Positions 1 through 10,842 of a stretch of DNA of 64,000 nucleotides are shown one piece after another. Source of the stretch: an uncultured Planctomycetaceae bacterium (GTDB taxonomy: Bacteria > Planctomycetota > Planctomycetia > Pirellulales > PALSA-1355); contig CAWAUV010000007.1 of the NCBI GenBank assembly GCA_963785305.1, forward strand, positions 1,632,001 through 1,696,000. Reading direction: 5' to 3'. Every line of letters begins with the position of its first letter. Within the stretch, counting starts at the first letter, position 1. The notes below the pieces were generated by a model. The model worked only from the letters and a program-made list of their open reading frames with translations, had not been told where the DNA came from and did not search any database. The position numbers and the translations under genes were made by a program.

Positions 1-200
1 CCCGTTCCGTCGACGGCGCCGGCGGCTGGGCATCAGGATAAGCAAACAACTCGACCGAATGAATCGCGAGCTCCGCACCCAGCACGCGCTCGAAGGTTTC
101 GTAAGACGTGTCATTGCGGAATATCTCGGCCCGGGCATTCGTTTGATTCAGGGCATGATAGACGCCGCCAGCTTCGTCGGCTCGTTGGTGGTCGTGGCAT
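1..200 (-). pseudogene. Degenerate Y1/HUH tyrosine transposase (RAYT/TIRYT-like), N-terminal part
   Basis: Manual translation from ATG at 200 with one frameshift: MPRPP/RADEAGGVYHALNQTNARAEIFRNDTSYETFERVLGAELAIHSVELFAY, then after a second shift LMP. This resembles RAYT N-termini (YHxxNRGN...IF...LMPNHxH) but the HUH motif is lost. Not in the ORF track; continues off the window edge. Confidence 0.72.
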
Positions 201-241
201 GTCCGCCGGTCCGCCAACAACCGTCACCGAAATCACTGACT

Positions 242-2176
242 ATCGCGGTAGGGATGGCCCTTTCGGGCCACCCCCCGCACAGATCCGTACGTGCGGAACT
301 ACCGCATACGGCTCCTACCTTGGATACAAACGATCAAACCGCACTTCGGGATAAGGATGCAGGATTTTCGGGGTGGGAAGCCATCGTTTGCAAAGCTGCG
401 AGAACTTCCGCCAGGTCATCCGGCGTCCGCGTTGGCTGCGTCGCCGCAGCATGCGGAGCCAGAGTTTCTGGAGCGCCGTGCGGAATTGTTGCAATCGCAC
501 CGAGTTGCCGGGAATCGCATGGTAATTGAGCCATCCCCGGTAAACGCTCGATAGCCATGGCCCGACTTGCGCCAAGTCCATGTGCATTTTCCCGCGCAGC
601 GCTTCTTTCAGTTCGCGCAGTTTGCCACGAAACTTCTTGGCCGATGAGATGCGGCGAATGGTGAATTCGCCCTTCCGGGTCACGCCACTGATGTGGGTGA
701 AGCCCAGGAAGTCGAATGTCTCCGGTGGGCCATCGCCACGCTTCGATCGTCGTTCGGCCGCATAGCGTCCGAACTCGATCAGCCGCGTCTTCTCCGGGTG
801 CAGTTCCAAACCGAATTTGGTGAAGCGTTCCCGGAGCGCCGCCAGGCAGCGTCGCGCGTCGGACTCCTCGCGGAATCCGACTACGAAATCGTCCGCATAG
901 CGCACGATGATGACCTCGCCCACGGCATGGCGTTTCCGCCACGCCACCAGCCACAGGTCCAGAACATAGTGCAAGAACACGTTCGAATAGAGCGGCGAAA
1001 TCACCGCTCCTTGAGGTGTTCCCACGGTGCTCGGGGACCATTCGCCATCTTCCGACACTCCGGCTCGAAGCCATTTCTTCAGCAGCCGAAGCAGTCGTCG
1101 GTCGGCGATCCGATGCTCCAGGAACTTCATCAACCATGCGTGGTCGATGTTGTCGAAGAAGCCGCGGATGTCCGCATCCAAAATCCAGTTCACTTTCCGC
1201 TTCTTGATGCCCACGTAGAGCGCGTCCAAGGCTCGGTGACAGCTTCGTCCAGGACGAAAGCCGTAACTGAAACCCAGAAAGTCCTCTTCGTAGATGCACT
1301 CCAGGATCGTCCGTACGGCTTGCTGGACGATCTTGTCCTCCAGCGCCGCGATCCCGAGGGGCCGCGGCTTGCCGTCGAGCTTGGGAATCCAAGTTCGCTT
1401 GGACGGCCTGGCTCGATAGGCTCCCCGATGGATTCGACTGTGCGGATCGTCGATCCGCGTTTCGAAATCGGTGGCGTATTGAGCCCATGTCAGGCCATCG
1501 ACGCCGGGCGCGGCTTGCTTCTTCAGGTCGAAGAAACTCGCCACCAGCAGTTCGGGCGTGACATGGTTCAGCAGATTGTTGAACCGCATCTTCTTGTCGC
1601 GTTGTGCCGCTTCTCGCACGCCCAGCAGTCCGCGCGACCTGGGAGCCCGGCGTGTGTCCGGTCCAGTAGCGACTGCTCGGCGTTCTCCTCGGTCAGCTCC
1701 CTTCCCTCCACGGGCTCCGCCGACAGCGGCACGCTGTCGTTGTTCGCCTGCTTCTTTGGTACTATGGAACTGTCTGACTCCCCGGGAACGTGCATGTCGG
1801 ACTTGTGGCCTCGCGCCTTCTCCGACCGATCCGCTTCCGGTGAAACGGATGTTCCCGGGATCTCCCGGCTTCCGCGAGAAAAGTTTCCGGCCGTGCGGGT
1901 GGTCTCAGACTCCGTGGGGGAGACGTCGGACTCGCCATGATCGTTCGACATCACTGTTGCCTTCCCGCATGAATCGAGCGACGGGGTCAGGACAAGGTCG
2001 GCCACCGCAAAAGAATGTTTTCGGAGCTCGATACACCGCCCGGCCGTGCCTCTGTGAACGCTTCGCCCTGCCAGTTGCCCGACACGACGCATCAATCGAG
2101 GCCGAGGTGGCTGGCTAGGCCTTGCCTCGTGCGACTCTTTCATTCGCGACTCTCCTCCGGCTTCGCGCCGGCGCAC
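242..2176 (-). mobile_element. Group II intron, copy 1 (1935 nt)
   Basis: 5' end GTGCGCCGGC at 2176; domain V/VI GAGCCGTATGCGGTAGTTCCGCACGTACGGATCTGTGCGGGGG...CCCTACCGCGAT ending at 242; near-identical to 47855-49790. Confidence 0.95.
315..1619 (-). CDS. ltrA: Group II intron reverse transcriptase/maturase, no evident C-terminal endonuclease
   Basis: Motifs APGVDG, RPLGI, GFRPGRS, GTPQG, RYADD, FDFLGF; start codon uncertain. Confidence 0.95.
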   Translation of the reverse strand: MREAAQRDKKMRFNNLLNHVTPELLVASFFDLKKQAAPGVDGLTWAQYATDFETRIDDPHSRIHRGAYRARPSKRTWIPKLDGKPRPLGIAALEDKIVQQAVRTILECIYEEDFLGFSYGFRPGRSCHRALDALYVGIKKRKVNWILDADIRGFFDNIDHAWLMKFLEHRIADRRLLRLLKKWLRAGVSEDGEWSPSTVGTPQGAVISPLYSNVFLHYVLDLWLVAWRKRHAVGEVIIVRYADDFVVGFREESDARRCLAALRERFTKFGLELHPEKTRLIEFGRYAAERRSKRGDGPPETFDFLGFTHISGVTRKGEFTIRRISSAKKFRGKLRELKEALRGKMHMDLAQVGPWLSSVYRGWLNYHAIPGNSVRLQQFRTALQKLWLRMLRRRSQRGRRMTWRKFSQLCKRWLPTPKILHPYPEVRFDRLYPR

Positions 2177-2194
2177 CCTGACCCCTTTGAATTC
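2177..2194 (-). repeat. GGGGTCAGG repeat, left terminal copy (5' half; 3' half AGTCAGTGATT at 231-241), split by intron 1
   Basis: Minus strand GAATTCAAAGGGGTCAGG|intron|AGTCAGTGATTTCGG closely matches the internal copy ending at 21375. Confidence 0.9.
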
Positions 2195-2197
2195 TCC

Positions 2198-2641
2198 TTA
2201 ACAGCTCAAAAGTTCTTCGGCCTTACTCACGTCAATGCCAAAATCACAAAAGAATTCAATTAAACAAGAACGTTGCTCACAACTAAGTTTGGAAATCACG
2301 TCGGATCTTCGCGCACTTCCCGAAAACTGAGCAAAGATGTGGCCCCAAATTACCCCTTGGTGACCCCATATTTCTTCTTGACTGTCAGCGCCGCTAAGTG
2401 CCGCGATCATGAACGCAGGCAGATAATAAACGAACGCCTGATCTGTAAAAAACCAGAGCGATGAATAATGCTTGACAAGGTCGATGTCGGGAATATCGAA
2501 ATTGCGCTTTCCGGAAAAATACAACGATGTGTTTTCGTCATCATATGTTTCAACGACCAGATTATCTTTTCTAGGCGGCGGAATCATCGCAAAAGCTGCA
2601 TGAACTCGTTCAATAAAGTGTCTGTATTGTATGGCGTCCAT
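2198..2641 (-). CDS. Putative immunity protein, DUF6714-like (module 10)
   Basis: 147 aa, low GC, directly downstream of toxin tip; AFAMIPPP...FFTDQAFVYYLPAFM pattern. Confidence 0.65.
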   Translation of the reverse strand: MDAIQYRHFIERVHAAFAMIPPPRKDNLVVETYDDENTSLYFSGKRNFDIPDIDLVKHYSSLWFFTDQAFVYYLPAFMIAALSGADSQEEIWGHQGVIWGHIFAQFSGSARRSDVISKLSCEQRSCLIEFFCDFGIDVSKAEELLSC

Positions 2642-3138
2642 TCATGGTTTCTCAATACTAGAACGCGAATAACATCTGTCGGTAAGCTCAGACACCATCA
2701 CGGAGGACATCCACGTATTGCACGGAATTTCGCTGCGTTACGCGCCCACTCTGTATGTTGGTCAATTAAGCCTTGATGTATTTTATCGGTCTTGCCTTTG
2801 AAACAGCGATCTTGAATCGCTTGTCGTGCGACGGCACAAAGCGTATTTGCGAGTTGCAGAGCCTTCAAAACGTTACAAGGCTGTGTTGGGCTAGGCACAC
2901 CAGCTCCGATACACAGAACGTCTTTTGCGGCTTGTAAATAACCGAGTTCTTGAGCAGTGCAAGTCCCAGTATTCACTGGTGCTGGACGGCAATTGCAGTT
3001 TGTGAGTTGAGTTCCGCATTTGAAAAAATAGAAATCGTAATCGTAGCGAGTAGTGATCGGGCCAGCAGTGACCTGCCCCTTCGCTGCGCATTCTTGTTCG
3101 CATTTAGTTATCCATTCAGGCGATGTAGGAATAATAGT

Positions 3139-5051
3139 CCTTAAACCAGTATCCCTTTGAGGCGTGGGCGGGGAGATTTTTGGAAAAAAGCGAAATCCCT
3201 CGGCGGATTTGCGGTATTCTGTGTTTTTTGCCAGTCACGAACACCACGGCCACCGAGGGATTTCGAGTGAAAGCCAAGAACCAAAGAGCGCGGGCCAAGC
3301 GTCAGAGGGCGCAGGCCAAGGGCCGAAGAACACGGGCCAAGATACGCCGACGTCTCGCCGCATGCAAGCGGCGGGTCGAGCGGCGCATCGACAAGCACAA
3401 CTGCGAGGGTTGCGAGCGCCCGATCATGCGGCCCGGCAATATCAAGTATGAGCTTGCGGAGCGCGCGCAAGGCATGGCTTATGGCGGCTTGGGCGCGATG
3501 CGGTTGCTGGTCCAAGAACTGGGGCTGGCCGAAGCGATCGATCGGCGATTGCATCTGCTCAAGGTGCATCTGCCATATCATGAGAGCGATCATGTGCTCA
3601 ACCTAGCGTTCAACGCCTTGTGCGACGGCGATTGCTTGGAAGACCTCGAACTGCGCCGCAACGACGAAGTCTATCTCGACGCGCTCGGCGCCCGGCGCGT
3701 GCCCGATCCGACCACGGCGGGCGACTTCTGCCGACGTTTCAAGCCGAGCGACGTGCGCGCGCTGCAAGAAGCTTTCCACGAAACACGACATAAAGCTTGG
3801 GCTCGCCAGCCCGCCGAGTTCTTCGCCCAAGCCCGCATCGACATGGACGGCGTGTTCGCGCCCACCGGCGGCCAGTGCAAGGAGGGCATGGACATCTCCC
3901 ACAAGGGCGAATGGGGCTATCATCCGCTGGTCGTGTCGCTGGCCAACACGGGCGAAGTGTTCTCGATCGTCAACCGCTCGGGCAACCGGCCCAGCCACGA
4001 AGGGGCGGCGGCCGAAGTCGATCGCGCGCTGGAAGTCTGCTTCGCCGGCGGCTTTCGCAAGGTGTTGCTCCGCGGCGACACCGACTTCTCGCAGACGACG
4101 CATCTGGACCGCTGGACGGACGACCCGCGCGTGCGATTCGTGTTCGGCATGGACGCCAAGCTGAAATTGCAGCTTTTGGCCGACGACTTGAAGGACAAGT
4201 CCTGGCAACCGCTCGAGCGCGCGCCGCGTTATGCCGTGAAGACGAAGCACCGCGCACGGCCGACCAATGTTAAGGAAGGCATCGTGCGCGAGCGGGAATT
4301 CAAGAACCTGCGGCTGGTGGGCGAAGAGGTCGCCGAGTTTGATTATCGACCCACGGCGTGCAAGAAGGTGTATCGCCTGGTGGTGGTGCGCAAGTGGATC
4401 GACGAGCACCAAGGTCAGCGGACGCTGTTTTCCAGCTATCGCTACTTCTTCTACTTGACGAACGATCGCGAGCTCACGCCGGCCGAAGTGGTGTTCGAGG
4501 CGAACGACCGCTGCGATCAAGAGAACCTGAACGCGCAGCTTAAAGGCGCGGTGCGCGCCTTGCACGCGCCGGTCGACAACTTGGTGAGCAACTGGGCCTA
4601 CATGGTGATGGTCTCGCTGGCCTGGAACCTGAAGGCGTGGTGGGCCTTGCTCTTGCCCGAGCCGCCGGGCCGCGAACAAGAAGCGCGGCGCGAGGAAAAG
4701 AAGACGGTGCTCAAGATGGAGTTCAAGACATTCCGCAACGCTTTCATTCGGATGCCATGTCAAATCGTGCGTGGCGGGCGAAGATTGATCTATCGTTTGT
4801 TGGGTTGGAATCGCTGGCAAGTCGTGTTGTTTCGCTGGCTGGACGGCCTGCGATGTTGACGCCGATCAATTGAAGCCGGAGTCCGGACGCTCCGGTCCGC
4901 CGCCACGCCGAACCAGGAAAGCCAACCGCCAATGCCAAACAAAAACCCGCCGCCGAGAGTAGCGCGCCCGCCGGCGCCGCCCGCTCACGCCGTGCGCACC
5001 GCCGGCCACGCGAAACCGCCGCAAAACGCAACCGCGTACGCTTGTTTAAGG
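3139..5051 (+). mobile_element. IS1380-family insertion sequence
   Basis: Terminal inverted repeats CCTTAAAC.../...GTTTAAGG; duplication AATAGT at 3133-3138 and 5052-5057. Confidence 0.9.
3267..4859 (+). CDS. IS1380-family DDE transposase
   Basis: Motifs PDPTT, IDMD, GYHPL, LRGDTDF, RCDQEN; GTG at 3267 preferred over the 3180 ORF start. Confidence 0.88.
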   Translation: MKAKNQRARAKRQRAQAKGRRTRAKIRRRLAACKRRVERRIDKHNCEGCERPIMRPGNIKYELAERAQGMAYGGLGAMRLLVQELGLAEAIDRRLHLLKVHLPYHESDHVLNLAFNALCDGDCLEDLELRRNDEVYLDALGARRVPDPTTAGDFCRRFKPSDVRALQEAFHETRHKAWARQPAEFFAQARIDMDGVFAPTGGQCKEGMDISHKGEWGYHPLVVSLANTGEVFSIVNRSGNRPSHEGAAAEVDRALEVCFAGGFRKVLLRGDTDFSQTTHLDRWTDDPRVRFVFGMDAKLKLQLLADDLKDKSWQPLERAPRYAVKTKHRARPTNVKEGIVREREFKNLRLVGEEVAEFDYRPTACKKVYRLVVVRKWIDEHQGQRTLFSSYRYFFYLTNDRELTPAEVVFEANDRCDQENLNAQLKGAVRALHAPVDNLVSNWAYMVMVSLAWNLKAWWALLLPEPPGREQEARREEKKTVLKMEFKTFRNAFIRMPCQIVRGGRRLIYRLLGWNRWQVVLFRWLDGLRC

Positions 5052-8000
5052 AATAGTCGCAACGAGTCCAAAAGAATCGATCATCGAAATTGGATCGTTC
5101 CGTAAATATCGGAATGAATTCTGAAGATCAGCATCAAGCCCGATTGGATCTCGCATGACCCAGAGGCCGATGGCCGCATTTAAGTATCGGTATCGCGCCA
5201 GATACAAACTTGATTCACTGTCCCAGCGATACCCGCAGTAGAGGGTTTCCCAGGCGTAGGCGGAGCCGCCGGCGCGAACCGTGAAATCGGGGTTCAGGAA
5301 TGTCGGCAGGCCGTAGGCGGTGTAGGTGTAGCGTTCTTGAACGGCGCCTGACGTGTTGACGACCGAAGTCACGTTCCAGTTGGCGTCTTGGAGGGCGTAG
5401 AGGCGCTCCGTTGTGCGGTCGCGCAAGACCAGATCATCGATGTAGCGTTGGCCCCAGACGAATTGACGATCGGCGGTCGTGGCGCCGCCGACGCGTTCTT
5501 CGAGGACTTGCCACATGTTCGAGTAGTACAAGTCGCGCACGATGCCGGAAATCGTCTTTTGCGTGCGGCGATTGAGGCCGTCGTAGCTGTACGTGGCGAC
5601 GCCTAGCAGTTGCGTCAAGCGGTTCCAAGCGTCGTAGGTTGCCGCGAACGAACTCGCGGGCGCCGCCGGTTGCGGAATCGTCGTCATGTTCCCGGCCGGG
5701 TTGTAAACCGGCTGCGCCCACGCGGCGCCGTAGCGCTGCGTGATGCCCATGATCTCATTCACAGGATTCGACACGCGCTGCTGGTCGAGGTTATTCGCGG
5801 AAGTCACGACATCCGTGTTGACGAAATTCGACCAGTTGCCCGTGGCGTCGAGGCCCCATTGTTGCGCGAGGGTCATGTTCGCGATGGACTGGTTATTATT
5901 CGTAAGGGCGCCGCGGCTCATGTCGGTGAGGCGCTGCATGCCGTCGTACGAATACAACTCATCGTTGCCGGCGGCGACGGCTTGATGGCGCCAGAGGCGG
6001 TTGCCAGACTGGTCGTAGCCGTACTCGATCTGGTCGAGCGTGGCGCTGGGCGTCGTCCAGGGGTTGTTGATCACGCGGCCGAACTGGTCGAGGCCGAGAT
6101 ATGGATTCGCGCCGGAGCCGCCGGCAAGCGACCAAGTGACGTCGGGCTGGGGGTACGTCAGATCGACGAACGTGGCGAGGCCAAGATACGTATACTCGAC
6201 CAGTGTCGTACTGTCGTAGTCGATGTAGCTGGTGACGCGGGAAAGAGCGTCGTCGTTGCCGCTGGCGTAGTTGTAGGTGACGACGCGAGGTGTTGTGCCG
6301 CCGATGGCGCCGGGATACGTGATTGCCGTCAGGCGTGTCGTGTTGGCACTGCCGTCGGCGTAGGCGTATTGCACGTTGGGCGACGTGGCGGTGTTCACGG
6401 CGGCGCCATGCTGCTGGTACTGCGTGATGAGTTGCTGGAAACCATTGTACGCATTCTGAACCTGATTGACTACCGTGTTCGCACCGGTGTCGGCGTAGCT
6501 CGTGACCTGATTCACGAGGCCGCGAATCTCATAGTTCGTGCTGATCAGCTGGATGCTGCTGTCGATACCCGATCCGACGGTCGTGATGATGTCGTCCGTC
6601 GGGCGACCGAGCAAATCGAATAGGTACTGATGCACCGTGCCGTTTTGATCGGTTTTGCCGGTGACTTGGCCTTGGCGATTATAAATCTGCGTGACTTGAT
6701 CCGAGCCCGCCGCGCTGTCGGGGTAGATCGTAGCGCTGAGCAAGCTGTTGCTGGCGATCGAGGATTGGGCCAAGGTCGTGCCGTAGACGAACTGCGTCGT
6801 TTGGTTGCCGGTCGTGGGATTCACGGCAGTCAAGGCGATCATGTTGCCATCGGCGTTGTAGGCGAACAGGACCGTCACGTCGGTTGAATCGCCGGGGCAA
6901 CCGCCGGTGTAGTTGCTCACCGTGCTGAGCGGCTTGTGCAAGGCGTTGAACGTTTGCAATGTCACGATGCCGGCGGGATCGGTGGTTTGATTGAGATTGC
7001 CGGCGATATCGTAGGCGAAGCTCGTCACCAGCACTGTGGGCGATGAAGCCGGCGGCGTGGCGGGGGCGGTGAAGGCGGCGTTGCCATTCGTGCCGTAGTT
7101 GGCCGAGGCCGCCATGCGGCCAATGCCATCGGGGAAGTTCGCGACATAACTTACGCGGGCCAAGGGCTGCGTTCCGCTATACGGCGGATTCAAGGCGCCC
7201 GAGCCGGTGGCGCTGTCGAACCGCTGATAAGAGTCGGTCTCGACGGCATTATTGGCATCGTCGAACGTGGTGAGCGTCTGCTCGAAGATGATGTTTTGGC
7301 TCGTGACTTGGCCGACGTCGCTGTAAGGCTCCGTTCCCGAGCCGGTGTAATAACCTTGATACGACGCCGTGACTCGGGCATGGCTATCGTATACCTTCTT
7401 GGTGAATGTCTGGGCGCCGGCGGGCAGCGTCTTGATGATATTGTTCGCCAGGTCGTACCAAGTGTCGTCGACGAGCGAATTGCCCAAGGCGCCGGTGTTC
7501 GGATTCACCGAATAGACTTGCGTTTGATAAACGCGGCTGCGGTCGTCCCAGTAGGTCAGCGTTCGCGCGAGAAGCTGACCGTTCGCGGTCGTGTTGCGGC
7601 GGTCGACTTGAATCACGCGGTCGAGATTGTCGTACACGGTGACCTGGTAGAACTCGAGCTCGCCGTCGATGCCGATTTGCCGGTCGCGGAAGTCGTAAAT
7701 GTAGCTGGTGACCCGGTCGTTCTCGCCGGTGGCGTCGACGAACGCGGTCTTTTCGGTGAGGTTGCCGTCGCCGCCCGACGAACCGCCGTCGTACACGTTG
7801 CCGGTGACTTGGACCATGTTGTTGCCCGGTGCGCCGCCGCCCGTCGGGTCGCTGCTGGTGGCGCCGGTCGCGTTCGTGCCGACGAAGATGCCGAGGACGA
7901 GCCCGCGCGGATCAAAAACCTTGGCCGTGATCGTGCCGCCCGGCGTGGTCAACATGTTCTGCCGATCGAGAATGTCGTAGCTGGTCACAGCCAGATATCC

Positions 8001-8772
8001 CGCAACGATGGGCTCGGCGGGCACTTGGGGACGTAGTATGTTCGTCGTAATTAACATGAGGGCATCGTTGGGATGCTTCCTTCTCCTCCCACATCTGGCA
8101 GCCGATTTTTTTCAATGCGCAGAGAGTTGATAAACAGACCACGTTTCGTGTTGCCGTGGATATTAATATATAATTATCCGCAAACACTGGATGTAATTGT
8201 TCGGCGAAGATTTGCCAAAACGCACCGACGATGGCAAGCGACCGGCCAGCCACATTCCCTTTTCCAAATACTGCCCAAACCATTAATACGATCGCGATGT
8301 CAAGTTTCAAAGACGCGCGGCACAAATAGAACGCCAAATTCGGTTTCTTCACGACGATTATTGCAAACGCGCACGTTGCCACCGTTAAAGCAAAGCATAA
8401 TTGAAGTGTTCGTGGCCTCATTCGCCAAATTATTGTGTGCTGTGCTGCTGATGCCCCAAGCATGAATGAAGAAAGGAAATTCCATGAGCGACGAACCACC
8501 AGTATGGTGATGAAAATACACACTACAATCGCAAGGATTTCGATCAGAACGAATAGAAAATCCGCGATTGTGAGCCTGCTCGCGATCGACGCGGCAATAG
8601 CAAAAAATGCCGAAATCACCGCAACGGCCAGCAATATGGACCGGAGGCTATATCGCCGATGCGTTCGTATTGCTTCCATCAATGCTCTAATAACCGCAGC
8701 GACAATAGGTTTCGAATGTTGCATCCCCACGACGGCAACGTACACCGCGAACACAAGAAATGGAATTTCAAC

Positions 8773-10309
8773 GTAACTGTTAAGCATTTCCTCTTTCCCG
8801 AAATTGGGTTTTCGGTCACATTGATTGGATCATGGATGATCGAGATCGACGGATCGCCGAGTTGGAAGCGGAAATCGCCCGGTTGCAGGCGGAGAACGGA
8901 ACGCTGCGCAAGCGCGTCGAGCAACTCGAACAGCAAGTCCAAAAGTTTTTGCAGCGGCGCAAGAAAACCCGCTCGGCCAGCGATGCGCGGCGTGGCGAAC
9001 AGGATCGCCGCCGCAAGCAGTTTCGCAAACATCCGGGCAGCTTTCGTCCAGGGCCGCCGCCCGGCACGGTATTCATCGAACACGATGTGCATCCGCGAGA
9101 GTGTCCGCACTGTGGCGGCCGCGATCTGACCGCCACCGGCGAGTTCGAAGACCATGAGATGGCGGAGATTCCAGAGCCCAAGCTCGAATGGCATCGGTAT
9201 CGCCGTCATACCTATCGTTGTGAACATTGCCAAGCCACCTGCCAAGGACGCGGCGACTTGGAACTGCCCGGCGCCCACATCGGGCCACGCGCGCGCTTGT
9301 TGGTCTGCTACGCGCGGGTTCACCTGGGCATCTCGCTCGGCAAAACGCAACACTTGCTGAAAGACTTCTTTGGTCTTTCGGCCAGCCGGGCCGGATTGCT
9401 CGGCCATTTGCGTTGGGGCGGCGCTTTGTTCGAGCCGGTGGTCGACAAACTCTGGGAACTCTTGCGCAATTCGCCGGTCGTGCAAGGCGATGAGACCGGC
9501 TGGCGGATCGATGGCCAGCCCGTTTGGGCCTGGTGTTTTCGAGACACGCGCTTGGCATTGTTCCTGATCGATCGTCATCGCAATCGGGCCGTGCTCGAGC
9601 GAGCGTTGGGCACATCGTTCGCGGGCACGCTGGTCAGCGATTTTTATGCGGTCTACAACCGGCTCGACTGCCGCAAACAGCGCTGCTTGGTCCATTTGCT
9701 TCGCGAGTTGCACAAGCTGCGCGAGACGTTGCCGGCGGCGAGCGTGCGGGCCTTCATCCAGCCGTTGATCACGCTGTTTCAAGACGCGATCCGGTTGGGC
9801 CACGAGCGCAAGTCGCTCGGCAAAAAAGCTTTCAACGCGGCCCGACACGAGATTCAAAACCGTTTCGACACGTTGATGCTCGAGACGCGCGTGCGGCATC
9901 GCGAATGTTTGCGAATCTGGCGGCGGCTGTTCAAGCACTCGGACGAATTGTTCACCTTCCTCGACGATGCGAATGTTCCGGCCGACAACAACGGAACCGA
10001 ACGCGACATCCGAAGCCTGGCGGCGGCGAGGAATGATGGCGGCACGCATCGGACCGAATGGAGCGCGGCGGCGTTCGCCCGAATCAAGAGCGTGATCGCG
10101 ACCGGCGCGAAAAACGGTTTGAGCTTCGCAAGGTATGGAATCGAAGTCGTGCGCGCTAAATTGCAAGGCAAGACCCTGCCGCTGCCGATCACCAATAGCA
10201 GTTAAAACATCCGCCACGCGACCCATCCCCGGAAACCCCTCGCCCGCGATCCCCGCCAATATCGCCACCGCCCCCCCGCGCCCAGGCCACGCCACGGCTT
10301 AACAGTTAC
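8773..10309 (+). mobile_element. IS66-family insertion sequence (single-ORF type)
   Basis: Terminal inverted repeats GTAACTGTTAAGC/GCTTAACAGTTAC; 8-bp duplication ATTTCAAC at 8765-8772 and 10310-10317. Confidence 0.93.
8832..10205 (+). CDS. IS66-family transposase
   Basis: Coiled coil, CPHC/CEHC zinc finger, DETGW, SDFYAVY, QRCLVHLLR, NNGTERDIR. Confidence 0.92.
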   Translation: MDDRDRRIAELEAEIARLQAENGTLRKRVEQLEQQVQKFLQRRKKTRSASDARRGEQDRRRKQFRKHPGSFRPGPPPGTVFIEHDVHPRECPHCGGRDLTATGEFEDHEMAEIPEPKLEWHRYRRHTYRCEHCQATCQGRGDLELPGAHIGPRARLLVCYARVHLGISLGKTQHLLKDFFGLSASRAGLLGHLRWGGALFEPVVDKLWELLRNSPVVQGDETGWRIDGQPVWAWCFRDTRLALFLIDRHRNRAVLERALGTSFAGTLVSDFYAVYNRLDCRKQRCLVHLLRELHKLRETLPAASVRAFIQPLITLFQDAIRLGHERKSLGKKAFNAARHEIQNRFDTLMLETRVRHRECLRIWRRLFKHSDELFTFLDDANVPADNNGTERDIRSLAAARNDGGTHRTEWSAAAFARIKSVIATGAKNGLSFARYGIEVVRAKLQGKTLPLPITNSS

Positions 10310-10842
10310 ATTTCAACGATCTCATCGAATCCATGCGGCTTTATAGTTTCGGAAACTAGACATGACAAATACGTAACACAAAGCATCACCACAAATAAAC
10401 GATAAACGATTGAACCGACCCCCAATACGCCCCAGCATCCTATCAATGCGATCTGTGCGTAGGTTATCCCATCTGCGACAAAGTCTTCGTCGCTGCCGGT
10501 GCAATCGGCGATCCGAACAACCACAAGACTTCCCAGGACGTGGATTGTCGCAAGGCCGGCCATGACCACACAAGGCTTGGAGCACGAATGTAAAAACGAC
10601 GTATTGCGTCGCTGCGTTTCATATGATTCGTCTGATTGTCGACTTTCGCCGACTACGATTCGCCGATGCATTGTACGTACGCCGCTTTCTACAAAACGAC
10701 CAAGTTGTACGCGTCTGCAATGCATACAACATGTACTAGCATCGATTGTTGTTGCATCTCAAACCGCACGTGTGAGGATGCCGTAAAGTGTTACGAATAA
10801 GCAATGCGCAAGCTGCTGATGGGCTACATCGAAGTGGCCTGA

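Larger units (their letters stand above)
2698..7985 (-). pseudogene. Orphan Rhs module 10 with Ntox16-like tip, interrupted by IS1380
   Basis: YD repeats and Rhs core (YxYTAYG...RDPIG...DSFG). Removing 3139-5057 restores the frame into ORF 2698-2976 (CAVARQAIQDRCFKGKTDKIH). Confidence 0.85.
7912..10725 (-). pseudogene. Polytopic membrane protein in the immunity slot of module 9, split by IS66
   Basis: ORFs 10306-10725 (...DEIVE) and 7912-8787 (VEIPFL...) join in frame once IS66 and one duplication are removed; hydrophobic, with RRYSLRS motif. 3' end uncertain. Confidence 0.7.

Noticed and set aside
315..1619. RT as part of a DGR or retron diversifying the toxins
   Set aside because: It has full group II intron boundaries and domain V/VI; no template/variable repeat pair with adenine-specific differences was seen.
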